A program made the position numbers and the translations under genes. DNA of 53,560 nucleotides from an uncultured Pseudomonadales bacterium (GTDB lineage Bacteria; Patescibacteriota; Microgenomatia; UBA1400; CAYNMC01): assembly GCA_964414895.1 (NCBI GenBank), contig CAYPXO010000006.1:1-53560 (forward strand). The letters are read 5' to 3'. Below, in pieces: positions 37,769-47,628 of this stretch. Below the pieces are notes generated by a model, which did not search any database, was not told the DNA's origin, and saw only the letters and a program-made list of their open reading frames with translations. Numbering within the stretch: the stretch's first letter is position 1; each line of letters starts with the position of its first letter.

Positions 37769-38941
37769 TTAACCATCCTCAACTTTAATCATAAAAGTGG
37801 ACAAAAAAAGTCCAAAAATGGCTACTAAAAAGACCAATAGCCACGAAGGTTCGATCAGATAAACTACAAAGGCTAAAAAGGCCCCAAAAAACTGGCCAAA
37901 ATGAATAGCCAGTTCTCTTTGGGTCAAAAAAGTCAAAGTCTTTCCTTTCCGGGCTTTTTTATACATTACTGTATTAAAAGGCGTCCAAAGTAAAATTCCT
38001 CCCAATTGATAAAAAAGATCGCTTAAAAAAAAATGCAAGCCAGTGGAACAAAAAAGTCTCACCACCCAATTAAGACTATTGCCAAGAACACCAACTTTTA
38101 TAATCCCTATTCCTCTTTTATCCACATATCTGCCGGCCCAGAACAAAACTACCATTGTAAAAACCAAGGAAGCCGAAGAGATAATTCCTAAAGTTTTGTA
38201 GCTCCTTACTGAAAAATAGATGAAAAGCGGCCAAAAAACAGTATAAACTAAAGATTCCAAGCCGGTTCCGAAAAAAGCCAAAAAACTACCCCTCTCTTTC
38301 TTCTCTAAAAAGCCTTTCAGGACTTCGTTTAAAGAAGGCTTCCTTCCTGTCTTTTTAAAATTGTCTAAAAACAAAGGAAAAGTAGACAGAAAAATTAAAA
38401 TTATTGCTAAAGAAAAAAGAAAATTAAATCCCCAAAAACTAATAATAAAACCGCCAATTATCGGGCCCAGCGAAGAAGTGAACCTCCCCAAAACCGAAAG
38501 CAAAGAAAAACTTCGGCCATATCTTCCTTTCTCCGCCAGCTTAATAAAAGCTAAATGATAAGGAACCCAGTATAAAGGAATAACAATCGCCCCCAAAAAG
38601 GTTGCTAAAAACAAAAAACTCAGGTCTCTTCCAATAAAAGTTAAAACAAAAAGATATAAAGCTAACAATCCTCCCGATAAAAGGGAGGAAAAATCGGGAC
38701 CAATTTTACTCATAAAAACAATTAAAGGATAGTCTAGGAAAAGCAAAAAACCACGATAAACCAGATAAAAAGCAAAAACAAACAACAGGTCTCCTGTCGT
38801 TTCCAAAATGTAAATAGGAATAAAGATATTTATCATCGCTACTGCCAAATTTCGTAAAGAGGCATTCAAATAAAGACCACTCAATCCCGGTAAATGCCAG
38901 TGAGGCAAATGAAGAAAATGATAATGGGAATTGTTAGGCAT
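37769..38941 (-). CDS. MFS transporter
   Basis: About 12 TM helices; GPIIGG and GRYVDKRG. Confidence 0.85.
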   Translation of the reverse strand: MPNNSHYHFLHLPHWHLPGLSGLYLNASLRNLAVAMINIFIPIYILETTGDLLFVFAFYLVYRGFLLFLDYPLIVFMSKIGPDFSSLLSGGLLALYLFVLTFIGRDLSFLFLATFLGAIVIPLYWVPYHLAFIKLAEKGRYGRSFSLLSVLGRFTSSLGPIIGGFIISFWGFNFLFSLAIILIFLSTFPLFLDNFKKTGRKPSLNEVLKGFLEKKERGSFLAFFGTGLESLVYTVFWPLFIYFSVRSYKTLGIISSASLVFTMVVLFWAGRYVDKRGIGIIKVGVLGNSLNWVVRLFCSTGLHFFLSDLFYQLGGILLWTPFNTVMYKKARKGKTLTFLTQRELAIHFGQFFGAFLAFVVYLIEPSWLLVFLVAIFGLFLSTFMIKVEDG

Positions 38942-39521
38942 AGATTTTTGTTAATAAATCTTTTATCAATTTTTCGATCGTTTTTTCGACAATTTCTCTT
39001 TCCTTCTTACTAAATCTTTCTAAAACATAATTCTCATAATCTCTGTTAATTTCAAATTTTGAATCTTTGGCTTGTCCTATACCTACCCTTGCCCGCCAAA
39101 ATTTCTTTGTCTTCAAGTGATCTTCAACCGACAACAGACCCTTGTGTCGCTTTGGTCCTTTTGCCAGCTGGATTTTATAAACTCCCAGAGGAATATCTAA
39201 ATCATCATGAATGACATACAAACTGGCAACCTGCCTTGCCGGTCTTGCCTGTCGGCAGACAGGCAGGCAGGCTGGCAACTGGCAACTGGCAACTACTTTC
39301 TTCACTGCTATGCCCGACTCATTCATAAAAGTCTGCGGCTTAACAAGTATTACTTCAGTGTTCTCAGTTCTTTTCAGTGTTCTCAGTGTTTCTAATTTTC
39401 TATCCGTTTGCCATTTAAGCCCCCATTTTGCCGCCAATCTATCAACCACCATAAAGCCTAAATTATGCCTGGTTCCTTGATATTTCTTTCCTGGATTGCC
39501 AAGACCAACAATAACTTTCAT
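38934..39521 (-). CDS. pth: Peptidyl-tRNA hydrolase
   Basis: VGLGNPG, TRHNLG, KPQTFMNESG, HDDLD, HKG. Confidence 0.96.
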   Translation of the reverse strand: MKVIVGLGNPGKKYQGTRHNLGFMVVDRLAAKWGLKWQTDRKLETLRTLKRTENTEVILVKPQTFMNESGIAVKKVVASCQLPACLPVCRQARPARQVASLYVIHDDLDIPLGVYKIQLAKGPKRHKGLLSVEDHLKTKKFWRARVGIGQAKDSKFEINRDYENYVLERFSKKEREIVEKTIEKLIKDLLTKIYA

Positions 39522-39557
39522 AAAATTAGCCTAATTAGGCAAATTCGCCTAATTTGC

Positions 39558-40193
39558 CTAATTCAAAATCTTAACTACCTCTCTATCCTCAATCTGCTCA
39601 AACTCTCGATAAAACTGTCCGATTGCAAAAAAGGGTTCCGGCATTTCTAAAACCTCTACTTCATCAGCCTCATTCTCCAACTTTTTAACTGTGTCTGGCG
39701 GTGCCACGGGCAAGGTGATAATTACTCTTTTGGGATCATTGTTCCAAACTTCTCTAGCGGCTGCTATTAAGGTCGCGCCGGTGGCCGCCCCGTCGTCAAC
39801 AATAATAACTACTTTGTCTTTAAGGTCAAGCGCCCTCCTGCCTTGACGATATGAAGCTTCTCTTCTTTTGATCTCTTGCTGTTGTCTTTCAATTTCTTCT
39901 CCTAAATACTCAACACTAACTCCTAATTCCTGAATAAGTTTCTCGTTTAAATACTTACTTCCTTTTGTCTCACCAACCGCCCCAATCGCCAACTCTCTAT
40001 GACCTGGCGCTCCAATCTTACGAGTAATAATGACATCCAAAGGGCAATCCAGCAACTTGGCTATTTCTCTACCAACAGGAACACCTCCACGAGGAATCGC
40101 TAAAACAATTGGGTTTTTAAGCTCTTTGCCTGCCCGATTTTTAAGCAACTCTTTTGCTAATTTTCTACCGGCTTCTTTTCTGTTAGAAAACAT
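39558..40193 (-). CDS. Phosphoribosyltransferase family protein
   Basis: PRGGVP, RKIGAP, VDDGAATGAT. Confidence 0.9.
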   Translation of the reverse strand: MFSNRKEAGRKLAKELLKNRAGKELKNPIVLAIPRGGVPVGREIAKLLDCPLDVIITRKIGAPGHRELAIGAVGETKGSKYLNEKLIQELGVSVEYLGEEIERQQQEIKRREASYRQGRRALDLKDKVVIIVDDGAATGATLIAAAREVWNNDPKRVIITLPVAPPDTVKKLENEADEVEVLEMPEPFFAIGQFYREFEQIEDREVVKILN

Positions 40194-40210
40194 AAAGTCC
40201 CAAAATCAAT

Positions 40211-40283
40211 CGGGCGGCCACATAGGTCCGCCCCTACAACAGTAAGAATTTAACCCGTAGGGGCAAACCCGTGTGTTTGCCCG
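40211..40283. repeat. Inverted pair of GTAG-type REP elements
   Basis: gggcggccacataggtccgcccctac ... gtaggggcaaacccgtgtgtttgccc. Confidence 0.8.
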
Positions 40284-40305
40284 AAATTGGTCGACCCGAC
40301 CCGCT

Positions 40306-40710
40306 TCAAGAATCTTTCTTATTATTCTTTAGAGAATGGTTTTTCACTAAATGAAGGTCTTTGCGGATTTCTCTAATTTCTCTAACAATTTCTAACTGCC
40401 GGCGGTCAAATTTCTCGTCCAACTTTACATCACGCTCTAAAGTTTCCATTTCGCTTTTGTTATAAAAACTCATCAACTCTGCCCTTTCTCTTTCTGCCCT
40501 GTTTTGCACCATCAAAATAAAAATCCCAATCCAAATGGCCTCAATGGAAAGCCACAAAGTCAGAGTCAAAAAATCCAAGCCAAAAATAAACCAGGTCGCC
40601 CACCAAGCAATATGAGCAGCTACCCCCCACCAACTACCCATAAACCAGGCAATTTTTTCTGCCAAAAGATCAAAAAAACTCTTTTTATTTTTTTGCTTCA
40701 TTAGAAACAA
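40306..40710 (-). CDS. DUF1003-like membrane protein
   Basis: FMGSW, LTLWLSIEAI, ILMVQNR...ER. Confidence 0.75.
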   Translation of the reverse strand: MFLMKQKNKKSFFDLLAEKIAWFMGSWWGVAAHIAWWATWFIFGLDFLTLTLWLSIEAIWIGIFILMVQNRAERERAELMSFYNKSEMETLERDVKLDEKFDRRQLEIVREIREIRKDLHLVKNHSLKNNKKDS

Positions 40711-40716
40711 TATACC

Positions 40717-41298
40717 TTAAAACCAACCAACTTGGCAAATAAAAGCTGCACAAAAAAGCGCCAGTAAGCTTCCTAAAAAAGTCATCAAAAGATCAACATT
40801 GGTATCATAAATCCCTGGACCAACAAATAATTTGATCTTAAAAATTCTATCTAAAATAAGTTCAACATTCTCATGGATCACCAAAGCTAAATTAGCTAGT
40901 AAAAAAATAAAAAAATATCTCGCCTTAAAAGAGTGAAACTGTATGGAAAAAAATTGAGCAAAATCTATAAGAAGGAACCCGTAAAAGAGAACAACACCAG
41001 CTAAAAAATGTTCAAAACGATTAAAAAGTGATTTTTCTTTTTCTTGAATTAAACCTAAGCTAAATTTAATAAAGTTTACCCAAAGACACAAAACAATAAT
41101 TATTAATAATATTACTTTGTTCGCTCTATTGGCAGAACTTACAAAAATAAAAAACTCAATAAATAAAAAGTAAAGCAAAGCGCCATAAAGCCAGGCTTTT
41201 TTTAATCCAGAGTCCTTAATCCTTAAAAATCCAAAAGCTTGTAAAAAAGCTAACAAAAAAACCAAAAATATCAAAGATTGCAAAAACCAAAAGATCAT
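40717..41298 (-). CDS. Membrane protein (H...E...D motif type)
   Basis: TM helices with EHF, HENVE, DT..DL. Confidence 0.65.
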   Translation of the reverse strand: MIFWFLQSLIFLVFLLAFLQAFGFLRIKDSGLKKAWLYGALLYFLFIEFFIFVSSANRANKVILLIIIVLCLWVNFIKFSLGLIQEKEKSLFNRFEHFLAGVVLFYGFLLIDFAQFFSIQFHSFKARYFFIFLLANLALVIHENVELILDRIFKIKLFVGPGIYDTNVDLLMTFLGSLLALFCAAFICQVGWF

Positions 41299-41299
41299 T

Positions 41300-41980
41300 T
41301 TATTTAGCCAAAAGGGGTATTTCTAATAGTTTAGTATAGACTGAGCCTTTTGGTAAACACTTACTTTGGTAAACAAGTATCCTATCCACCAAAATTCTAG
41401 ATTCCAGATTCAAAATTCTTAGTTTCTTTATTTGCCTTCCGATTTCCCGGCGCTGGCCGGCTCTGGCTTTTTTGATCCGCCCCAAAGTAATGTGTGGATG
41501 AAAAGGCTTTTTGCCAAAGTCAAAACCCGCTTTAGCCAAATTATTTCTAATCTTCTTTTGCAAAGCCGCCAAGCTTTTCAAATCGCCCTTCAGCCCCAGC
41601 CAAATAATCCCTGGCCAATCATAATCCGGGAAACAACCAAGACCCTTAAAAGAAAGAGGAAAAGGCTCTATCTTAAAAGTAGATTTTTTAATTATCTTTT
41701 TTAATTCTTTAGTTTTGAGTTTTAAGTTGCCGCGCCCGCTTCGAGGCAGCTGCCTCTGCAGCGAGTCGGGCGGGTGGTTTTGAGTTTTGAGCTTTGAGCT
41801 TTGCGCTTCTTCCTGAAAGTCATTCCTAATTTCTAAATCACCAAGGAAGACTAAAGTAATATGAAGCTTCTTAATCTCCTCCCAAGCCACCGGCCAATGT
41901 TTCTTTTTTAATGTCTTTAAAAGTTTTGCTATTTCTCGTCTGACAGCCTCATCTAAATCAACAGCAATAAAAACCCGCAT
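41300..41980 (-). CDS. thpR: RNA 2',3'-cyclic phosphodiesterase
   Basis: MRVFIA and two HITL motifs. Confidence 0.93.
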   Translation of the reverse strand: MRVFIAVDLDEAVRREIAKLLKTLKKKHWPVAWEEIKKLHITLVFLGDLEIRNDFQEEAQSSKLKTQNHPPDSLQRQLPRSGRGNLKLKTKELKKIIKKSTFKIEPFPLSFKGLGCFPDYDWPGIIWLGLKGDLKSLAALQKKIRNNLAKAGFDFGKKPFHPHITLGRIKKARAGQRREIGRQIKKLRILNLESRILVDRILVYQSKCLPKGSVYTKLLEIPLLAK

Positions 41981-42015
41981 ACTTCAGAGTTTTAGAGTGA
42001 GAGAGTTCTAGAGTT

Positions 42016-42951
42016 TTAAGAATTTCTATACCCCATCAGCTCTTTTAAAAGTTTGGGAATTTCCTCGCATAAATCCGAAGCATTGAAATAAGGGCCGACT
42101 TTTTTGTAAAGTCTATCGCCAGCCAAACCGCCAATGTAAACCCCGGCGGAAGCGGCCAAAAACAAATCATTCTTGCAAGCAAGGGCAGCAATCAAACCAG
42201 CCAAAACATCACCAGTCCCTCCTTTAGTCATTCCTTCATTGCCAGTGATATTGTAGCCGCACTTCTCTGGATCACAAACAATATCTGTTGGGCCTTTAAG
42301 AACAATCGTGCAGCCGTATTTTCTGGCTTTTACACTAACCAAATTTTTATAAAATTTTAAATTTGGCATTGCAATTTTGAATTTTTCCTTTTTAATTTTT
42401 AATTTAAAAAGCTGGCGAAACTCTCCTAGGTGAGGAGTAATAATTACATTCGCCAACTTTTTAAGCCACTCCGCTTCCATCATCTGCAAACTACCGGCAT
42501 CAATAACCCACTTCTTTTCTGGAAACTTACTCAATAAATACTGAGTAATTTCCCTAGTATCCTCCTCCCAATTAATTTGTTCTTTTTTAATTTTGAATTT
42601 CAATTTTTCATTTTTCATTTTGCATTTGGCATTTGACTGGTTTTCCCTCATTAATCCTGGGCCAATCAATATTGTATCCGACTCTTTTATATAATCCTCC
42701 ACCTCACTCCTTGGCATACAAATAAAATCATAAACTTCTCCCTTCAGTCTCTTTGCCAACTCTTCATTTTCGGCAACCGTTGAGTAAAAAACCATATCAA
42801 CAATCCGAGAAGCAGTCTTCAAGGCCCAAAGCGAAGCGCCATGGAAAAGCCGCGAGCCACCAATAATAGTCAGCTTGCCATTTTGTCCTTTATGGGAATC
42901 CTTAGGCGGCCGATAAAGATTTTTTAAAATTTCTTTGCTAATTTTCTCCAT
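42016..42951 (-). CDS. nnrD: NAD(P)H-hydrate dehydratase
   Basis: SHKGQNG, IGPGL, IDA, ITPHLGEF, LKG, GGTGDVLAG. Confidence 0.93.
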   Translation of the reverse strand: MEKISKEILKNLYRPPKDSHKGQNGKLTIIGGSRLFHGASLWALKTASRIVDMVFYSTVAENEELAKRLKGEVYDFICMPRSEVEDYIKESDTILIGPGLMRENQSNAKCKMKNEKLKFKIKKEQINWEEDTREITQYLLSKFPEKKWVIDAGSLQMMEAEWLKKLANVIITPHLGEFRQLFKLKIKKEKFKIAMPNLKFYKNLVSVKARKYGCTIVLKGPTDIVCDPEKCGYNITGNEGMTKGGTGDVLAGLIAALACKNDLFLAASAGVYIGGLAGDRLYKKVGPYFNASDLCEEIPKLLKELMGYRNS

Positions 42952-43117
42952 TGAAATTATTTTACCACTATTTAAAAAACCTTGGATATAAATCTACCGA
43001 AGAAATTAATTGTTAGTAAAGCTCGACTCACTAATCTTCAAAAAAGATCAATGCCACGATTTCAAAAGGAAAATCTTGCCATAACCGTGCCAGAAAACGT
43101 GCCATTGTCTGCATTTT

Positions 43118-44146
43118 TCAATTTTCTAATTCTTTTTTAATTTCAGCAATTGATAGTCTTTTTTCTTCTTGTAGTTGTCTTATTTTTTCCACTCTTTCCA
43201 TCATTGACTGGTCATACAACTGATAACCGCCTTTAGTATAGTTTGCTACTTTTAAAAGTCCTTCTTTTGTCCAGTAGCGAATGGTTGGTACGGTTTCATT
43301 GGCTTTCTCTGCCAGCTCACCGATTTTAAGCAGTTTAGAAATCGTCTTTTTGTCTAACTTAACGCCTTTGGTTAATGAAGAGAAGGGCAATTTGCCCTTA
43401 GCAGCATTAATATAAGCAGAAACTGAGCGATCAACTGACTGCTCTATAATTTTATAAAACGCATTAAGGTTGTTTTCCTTTTGTCCTTTATTAATCGCCT
43501 GCAAGTATTTAATCCTATCTTCATTTCTAACAACAGCCATCGGATAAGAATTAATAATCAAAACAAGGTTCATCAAAAGTCTAGCGGTTCGGCCATTGCC
43601 GTCAATAAAAGGATGGATAGAAACAAGTTTAAAATGAGCGTTAGCCGCTACTCTAACAGGGTGCTTTCCTTGCTGGCCTGCCAACCACTTAATAAAGTCA
43701 GTCATCAAGGAGGACACTTTATGCGGAGAGGGAAATTCAACATCCGTGCCTTTAATAAAAACCTCTGTCTGTCGGTATTTGCCCGCCCATTGATTATCTA
43801 TGCCTGTTAAAATAGTCTTGTGTATCTTTTTAATATCTTCCTCTGTTATAAGCTGGTGGCTCTTTTTTTTAAAAGCCAACTCTTTGACAAAATCTAACGC
43901 TTTAGCGTGATTAATCGCTTCCAACTGATCTTTTAACGGCCTACCGCTTATGACTGCTTCTGTTCCTTTTTCCAAGACTTCGGCGGTTTCCAGTCGTGTC
44001 AAGGTGTTACCTTCAATCGCATTAGAAGAATAAGTCAACTCAACGCTTAACCAATCATCAAGCTACTTAATGATGTGTTTAGAGAGCGGTCGAAGTTTAT
44101 CAAGCTGCTTTTTTTCCCTAGTCAATAGTTTCAAAAGTTTATCCAT
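43118..44146 (-). pseudogene. Fic protein with C-terminal MerR HTH; in-frame TAG at codon 28
   Basis: HPFIDGNGRTAR, SNAIEGN, KIGELA...TIRYW; ATG 44146 is in frame, stop at 44063-44065. Confidence 0.8.
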
Positions 44147-44188
44147 ACTTTTATAAAAAGTATAAAGTATTACTTTATGGTTGTCAAG

Positions 44189-44549
44189 TTTAAAAAAACT
44201 TCCTAAAAATGGACAAAAAAGGTAATGAAAGCTTTAAAAAACTCTGGTAAATTAAAAGGATATTATTATCTTAAAGTCTGGCCTTTTATAGCTCTTTAAA
44301 AACAAAATGACCGGTTTTTAAAAGCTGTTTTTTACTCCTCTTGTCATTCCTGAGCTGATCAGGAATCTATAAAAATGAATCTTATCTGTATAGATTCCTG
44401 CTTTCGCCAGGTACCGTCTGGCACCTGGCTTGCGCAGGAATGACAAAGGCGACATTTTGTTTTAATATTGCTGTAGAATCATTTATTAATTTCTCTCCAA
44501 AAAAGTAATTGTTATTAACCACCTCGGCCACCACAAAGACATTTATAAA
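44189..44549 (+). pseudogene. Decayed RelE/ParE-type toxin split by a MITE
   Basis: Fragments LKKLPK, SGKLKGYYYLKVWP and RIIY*...INHLGHHKDIYK. Confidence 0.65.
44289..44473. mobile_element. MITE flanked by TA dinucleotides
   Basis: Imperfect TIR tagctctttaaaaacaaaatg / cattttgttttaatattgctg; internal gtcattcc...ggaatgac palindrome. Confidence 0.75.
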
Positions 44550-44677
44550 GTGCAACTCCATTTCTTCTTAATTTTCAATTTACTTTCATATCCTCATAAC
44601 CGCAACAAAACTAGCCATTTTTATGGTATAATTCCTACATAATTAATGTATCTTATAACACTTTTCTAGGAGGTTTA

Positions 44678-45913
44678 TTGATGATTGAAACAAATGGAGC
44701 AGAACCGCTTAGACAAACCTTTTCCAGTGCAGGCATTTGGCCTGAAGAATCTGTTCAGCTCGACAGAGTCACTTATCTACCTTCTCTATTTTCTGAACAC
44801 ACTACTAAAAGACCTCCAGGTATAACCCATGAAGAATTTGAAACTTTATGGGAAGAGGAAAAAGAACACTCCTTAGCTCTCGGAGAAAATGAACTCTCTA
44901 AATTTAAGTGGGAATTACTAAAAAATATTATCTTTGAAGGACAAGGAAAAACATATAGATTTCCTGGAGGAGTGATTGCTATTTCTCCTGAATTTCTTGA
45001 TTTAGAACTAGAAATTCCAGAGGAACTACTAAAAGAAACCGGAGCTATTTTAAGACACGCCCAAGAAGCCAGATGGAAACGAGCTTTTCCCGAACAAGAA
45101 ACTTTCCCTCCAATTTTAGCCTTACTCTGTACTAAAGAAGAATTTGGCAACTGCAAAAAATATAGAGGCGAAGAAGAATTAGTAATAGTAGATCACGAAG
45201 CGCTTTGCGCTTATTCCACTGTTATTGTTAATGGAGAATATTTAAACGACGAGAATCGCTTAGAGGATATACTTTTTTGGGCGATTCATGATTACAATCA
45301 TGCAACAATGTCTCGAATTTTAACCAACATTTTGGGGAAACCTACTTTTGACGCCTACTTTCATCTTTTGCTGGCAGAATTGTCTGCTTCCGAAGGTTTT
45401 TCTATTTCTAAGCCAATGTATAAAAAATATGGTAAACATGCCTCTCTTATAAATTTTGCCCACGATCACTTTGATCCAAAACGTCGTTATATCTATCATT
45501 ACTTAAAAACTTTCTTTGTTGATGAATGGCAATCTTTGATTCCAAAGGAAGTACTTTCCGCTTTTTACACTTTTTTCTTTAAGAATAATCTCTGGGCAGG
45601 TATTCACTTTACTGCACAAAGATCAGGATTGCGTTATGGAAATCCTTACCTTTATACCGAAAGTCTTTTTAAACTTGCAAAGATGCAAAAAAAAGGGGTA
45701 GATAGTGCACAAATTACCACATTTTTAGAAAATCTCCTTAATTCTATCTATGACCATTGCTGGACTGATGGAAATAAAGGATTCTCCGAAGGAGTAGGAG
45801 AAATGGTTTTCCCAGAAAGAAAATGTTTTACTGATTTTCTTCCACCAAGTTTAACAACACAAAAGGATCCTAACAAGAACTTTAGAGTCATCGGAGTCAC
45901 ACCAGTGTTCTAA
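44678..45913 (+). CDS. Hypothetical protein
   Basis: 411 aa, RBS AGGAGG, TATAAT upstream; HDYNH...E resembles a variant HExxH site. Confidence 0.7.
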   Translation: MMIETNGAEPLRQTFSSAGIWPEESVQLDRVTYLPSLFSEHTTKRPPGITHEEFETLWEEEKEHSLALGENELSKFKWELLKNIIFEGQGKTYRFPGGVIAISPEFLDLELEIPEELLKETGAILRHAQEARWKRAFPEQETFPPILALLCTKEEFGNCKKYRGEEELVIVDHEALCAYSTVIVNGEYLNDENRLEDILFWAIHDYNHATMSRILTNILGKPTFDAYFHLLLAELSASEGFSISKPMYKKYGKHASLINFAHDHFDPKRRYIYHYLKTFFVDEWQSLIPKEVLSAFYTFFFKNNLWAGIHFTAQRSGLRYGNPYLYTESLFKLAKMQKKGVDSAQITTFLENLLNSIYDHCWTDGNKGFSEGVGEMVFPERKCFTDFLPPSLTTQKDPNKNFRVIGVTPVF

Positions 45914-46003
45914 CTTTTTTCCTTTCTGGAATACTCTTCTCCAAAACCTAATATTTACCCCTAACGGCCGTTAGTGTTAAATATTAGCTTTCCAACTCTC
46001 TAT

Positions 46004-47146
46004 CTAGCTTCCAAGCACAAGGTTTAGATAATTATCCCTATTAACCACCTGCCAGCTGGCTTTTGGATAGCCTTTTTTCCAAGCCTCAGGAGAAAACTGG
46101 CGCGGCTTTTGCCATTTAATTTCATAAGCTAAAAGTCTTCCTTCTTTCTCAATTACCAAGTCGATTTCTTGCTGGTCATAAGTCCGCCAAAAATAAAGGG
46201 GCATTTTCTTACTGATATCATTTTGCTCCTTGGCCTTTTCCCCAATAATAAAATTTTCCCACAAAGCACCAATATCACTCCGCAAGGACAAAGGATTAAA
46301 ATTATTAATCAGGCTATTTCTAATACCCAAGTCCCAAAAATAGATTTTTTGCAACTTTCCTAGTTCTTTTCTTAAATTGCGACTAAAAGGCCGCAGTTTA
46401 AAAATAATAAAAGCTTTCTCTAAAATTTCTATATAACGAACAACTGTTTCTTTACTAATACCAAGCAAGCTGGCTAGTTCTGTATAAGCAACCTCATTAC
46501 CAAGCTGTAAAGCCAAAGCTTGCAAAAGTTTCTGGATTATTTCTGAGCCTTTAATATTGTTAAATTTCAAAATATCTTTATATAAATAATTCTCAGCAAT
46601 TTTTTTGACTGCTATTTTTTTTTCTTCTAAAGAAACTGCTTTGATAACCGAAGGATAATTGCCAAAGATAAGAAAATTTTCCAAACGACGCCTAAGCTCA
46701 ACAGAGTCCCAGCGAGAAGATAATTCTTTTAAGGAAAAAGGATAAAGCCAAAACTCTATTGCTCGTCCTGTCAATGGTTCAATAAGTTTTTGTCCCAAAT
46801 CAAAAGACGAAGAACCAGTAGCAATAATTTGCTGGTCAGCAAAAGTGTCAATCAACAACTTCAGCTTGAGGCCAATGTTTTTGACCTGCTGGGCCTCATC
46901 CAAAACAACCAGCTTGCTTTCACCAATAATCTGTTTAAGCTGTAAAGAAGTCTCTGCTTCACTAAGTAATCTCCGATAATCACCTTCATCGCAATTAATA
47001 TATTTTGTTTTCTTGCCATGATAGTTTTTAAGAATTTTTTTCACTAAAGTCGTCTTTCCTGTCTGTCGAGCACCATAAAGAATTAGGGTTTGTTTTTTAA
47101 ACAGATTCTTTTTGATTTTAGTTTGAATTTCTCTATGAATATACAT
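46004..47146 (-). CDS. AAA+ ATPase (AAA_14 + DUF4143)
   Basis: GARQTGKT, LDEAQ, TGSSS, KIYFWDLG, EIDL...EIK. Confidence 0.92.
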   Translation of the reverse strand: MYIHREIQTKIKKNLFKKQTLILYGARQTGKTTLVKKILKNYHGKKTKYINCDEGDYRRLLSEAETSLQLKQIIGESKLVVLDEAQQVKNIGLKLKLLIDTFADQQIIATGSSSFDLGQKLIEPLTGRAIEFWLYPFSLKELSSRWDSVELRRRLENFLIFGNYPSVIKAVSLEEKKIAVKKIAENYLYKDILKFNNIKGSEIIQKLLQALALQLGNEVAYTELASLLGISKETVVRYIEILEKAFIIFKLRPFSRNLRKELGKLQKIYFWDLGIRNSLINNFNPLSLRSDIGALWENFIIGEKAKEQNDISKKMPLYFWRTYDQQEIDLVIEKEGRLLAYEIKWQKPRQFSPEAWKKGYPKASWQVVNRDNYLNLVLGS

Positions 47147-47334
47147 ATTTTACACAAATTGAGAGACTCAAATCTCTTAATTTAACTAAATAGGGATAGT
47201 TAAATTAATTATATTAAAGTAGAAAAGTTTGTCAATAATCGTTTTTTCTAACATTTAGACCTAACGGCCGGGTGACAGTGGTTAAAAACCTGCCATTGAC
47301 AAAGTATATACCTTTTTGCTAAATTGTATATATA

Positions 47335-47628
47335 ATGAAGGTCTTGCCGATCAAATTACCAGAGGAAATGTACAATGACCTAAAACTTCTTAAAAAAGAG
47401 CTTAATATTTCTATGGCCGATTTTATAAGAGAAGAGATTAAAAAGCCTTTAAAAAAGAAAGTCAAAAAGGCCAAAATTAAAAGTAAAAAGAAAGCTAGGA
47501 AAAAAGATTTTGATTTTATTGATTTTATGATCAAAAATGCTTCCTCTGCTCCCGATCCTTATCCAGGAATCTCTGATGATGAGCTTTTGTATGGTAAGGG
47601 CCGCAAATTATGGAAAGAACTGCTTTAG
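47335..47628 (+). CDS. RHH-type antitoxin (VapB-like)
   Basis: IKLPEE...SMADFIREEI; overlaps the PIN gene; TTGACA at 47297. Confidence 0.75.
   Translation: MKVLPIKLPEEMYNDLKLLKKELNISMADFIREEIKKPLKKKVKKAKIKSKKKARKKDFDFIDFMIKNASSAPDPYPGISDDELLYGKGRKLWKELL

Noticed and set aside
43050-43108. Spaced tgcca repeats downstream of fic
   Set aside because: Few, degenerate copies with no assignable role
43118-44146. Stop-codon reassignment
   Set aside because: Only one in-frame TAG; other genes end normally at TAG, TGA or TAA
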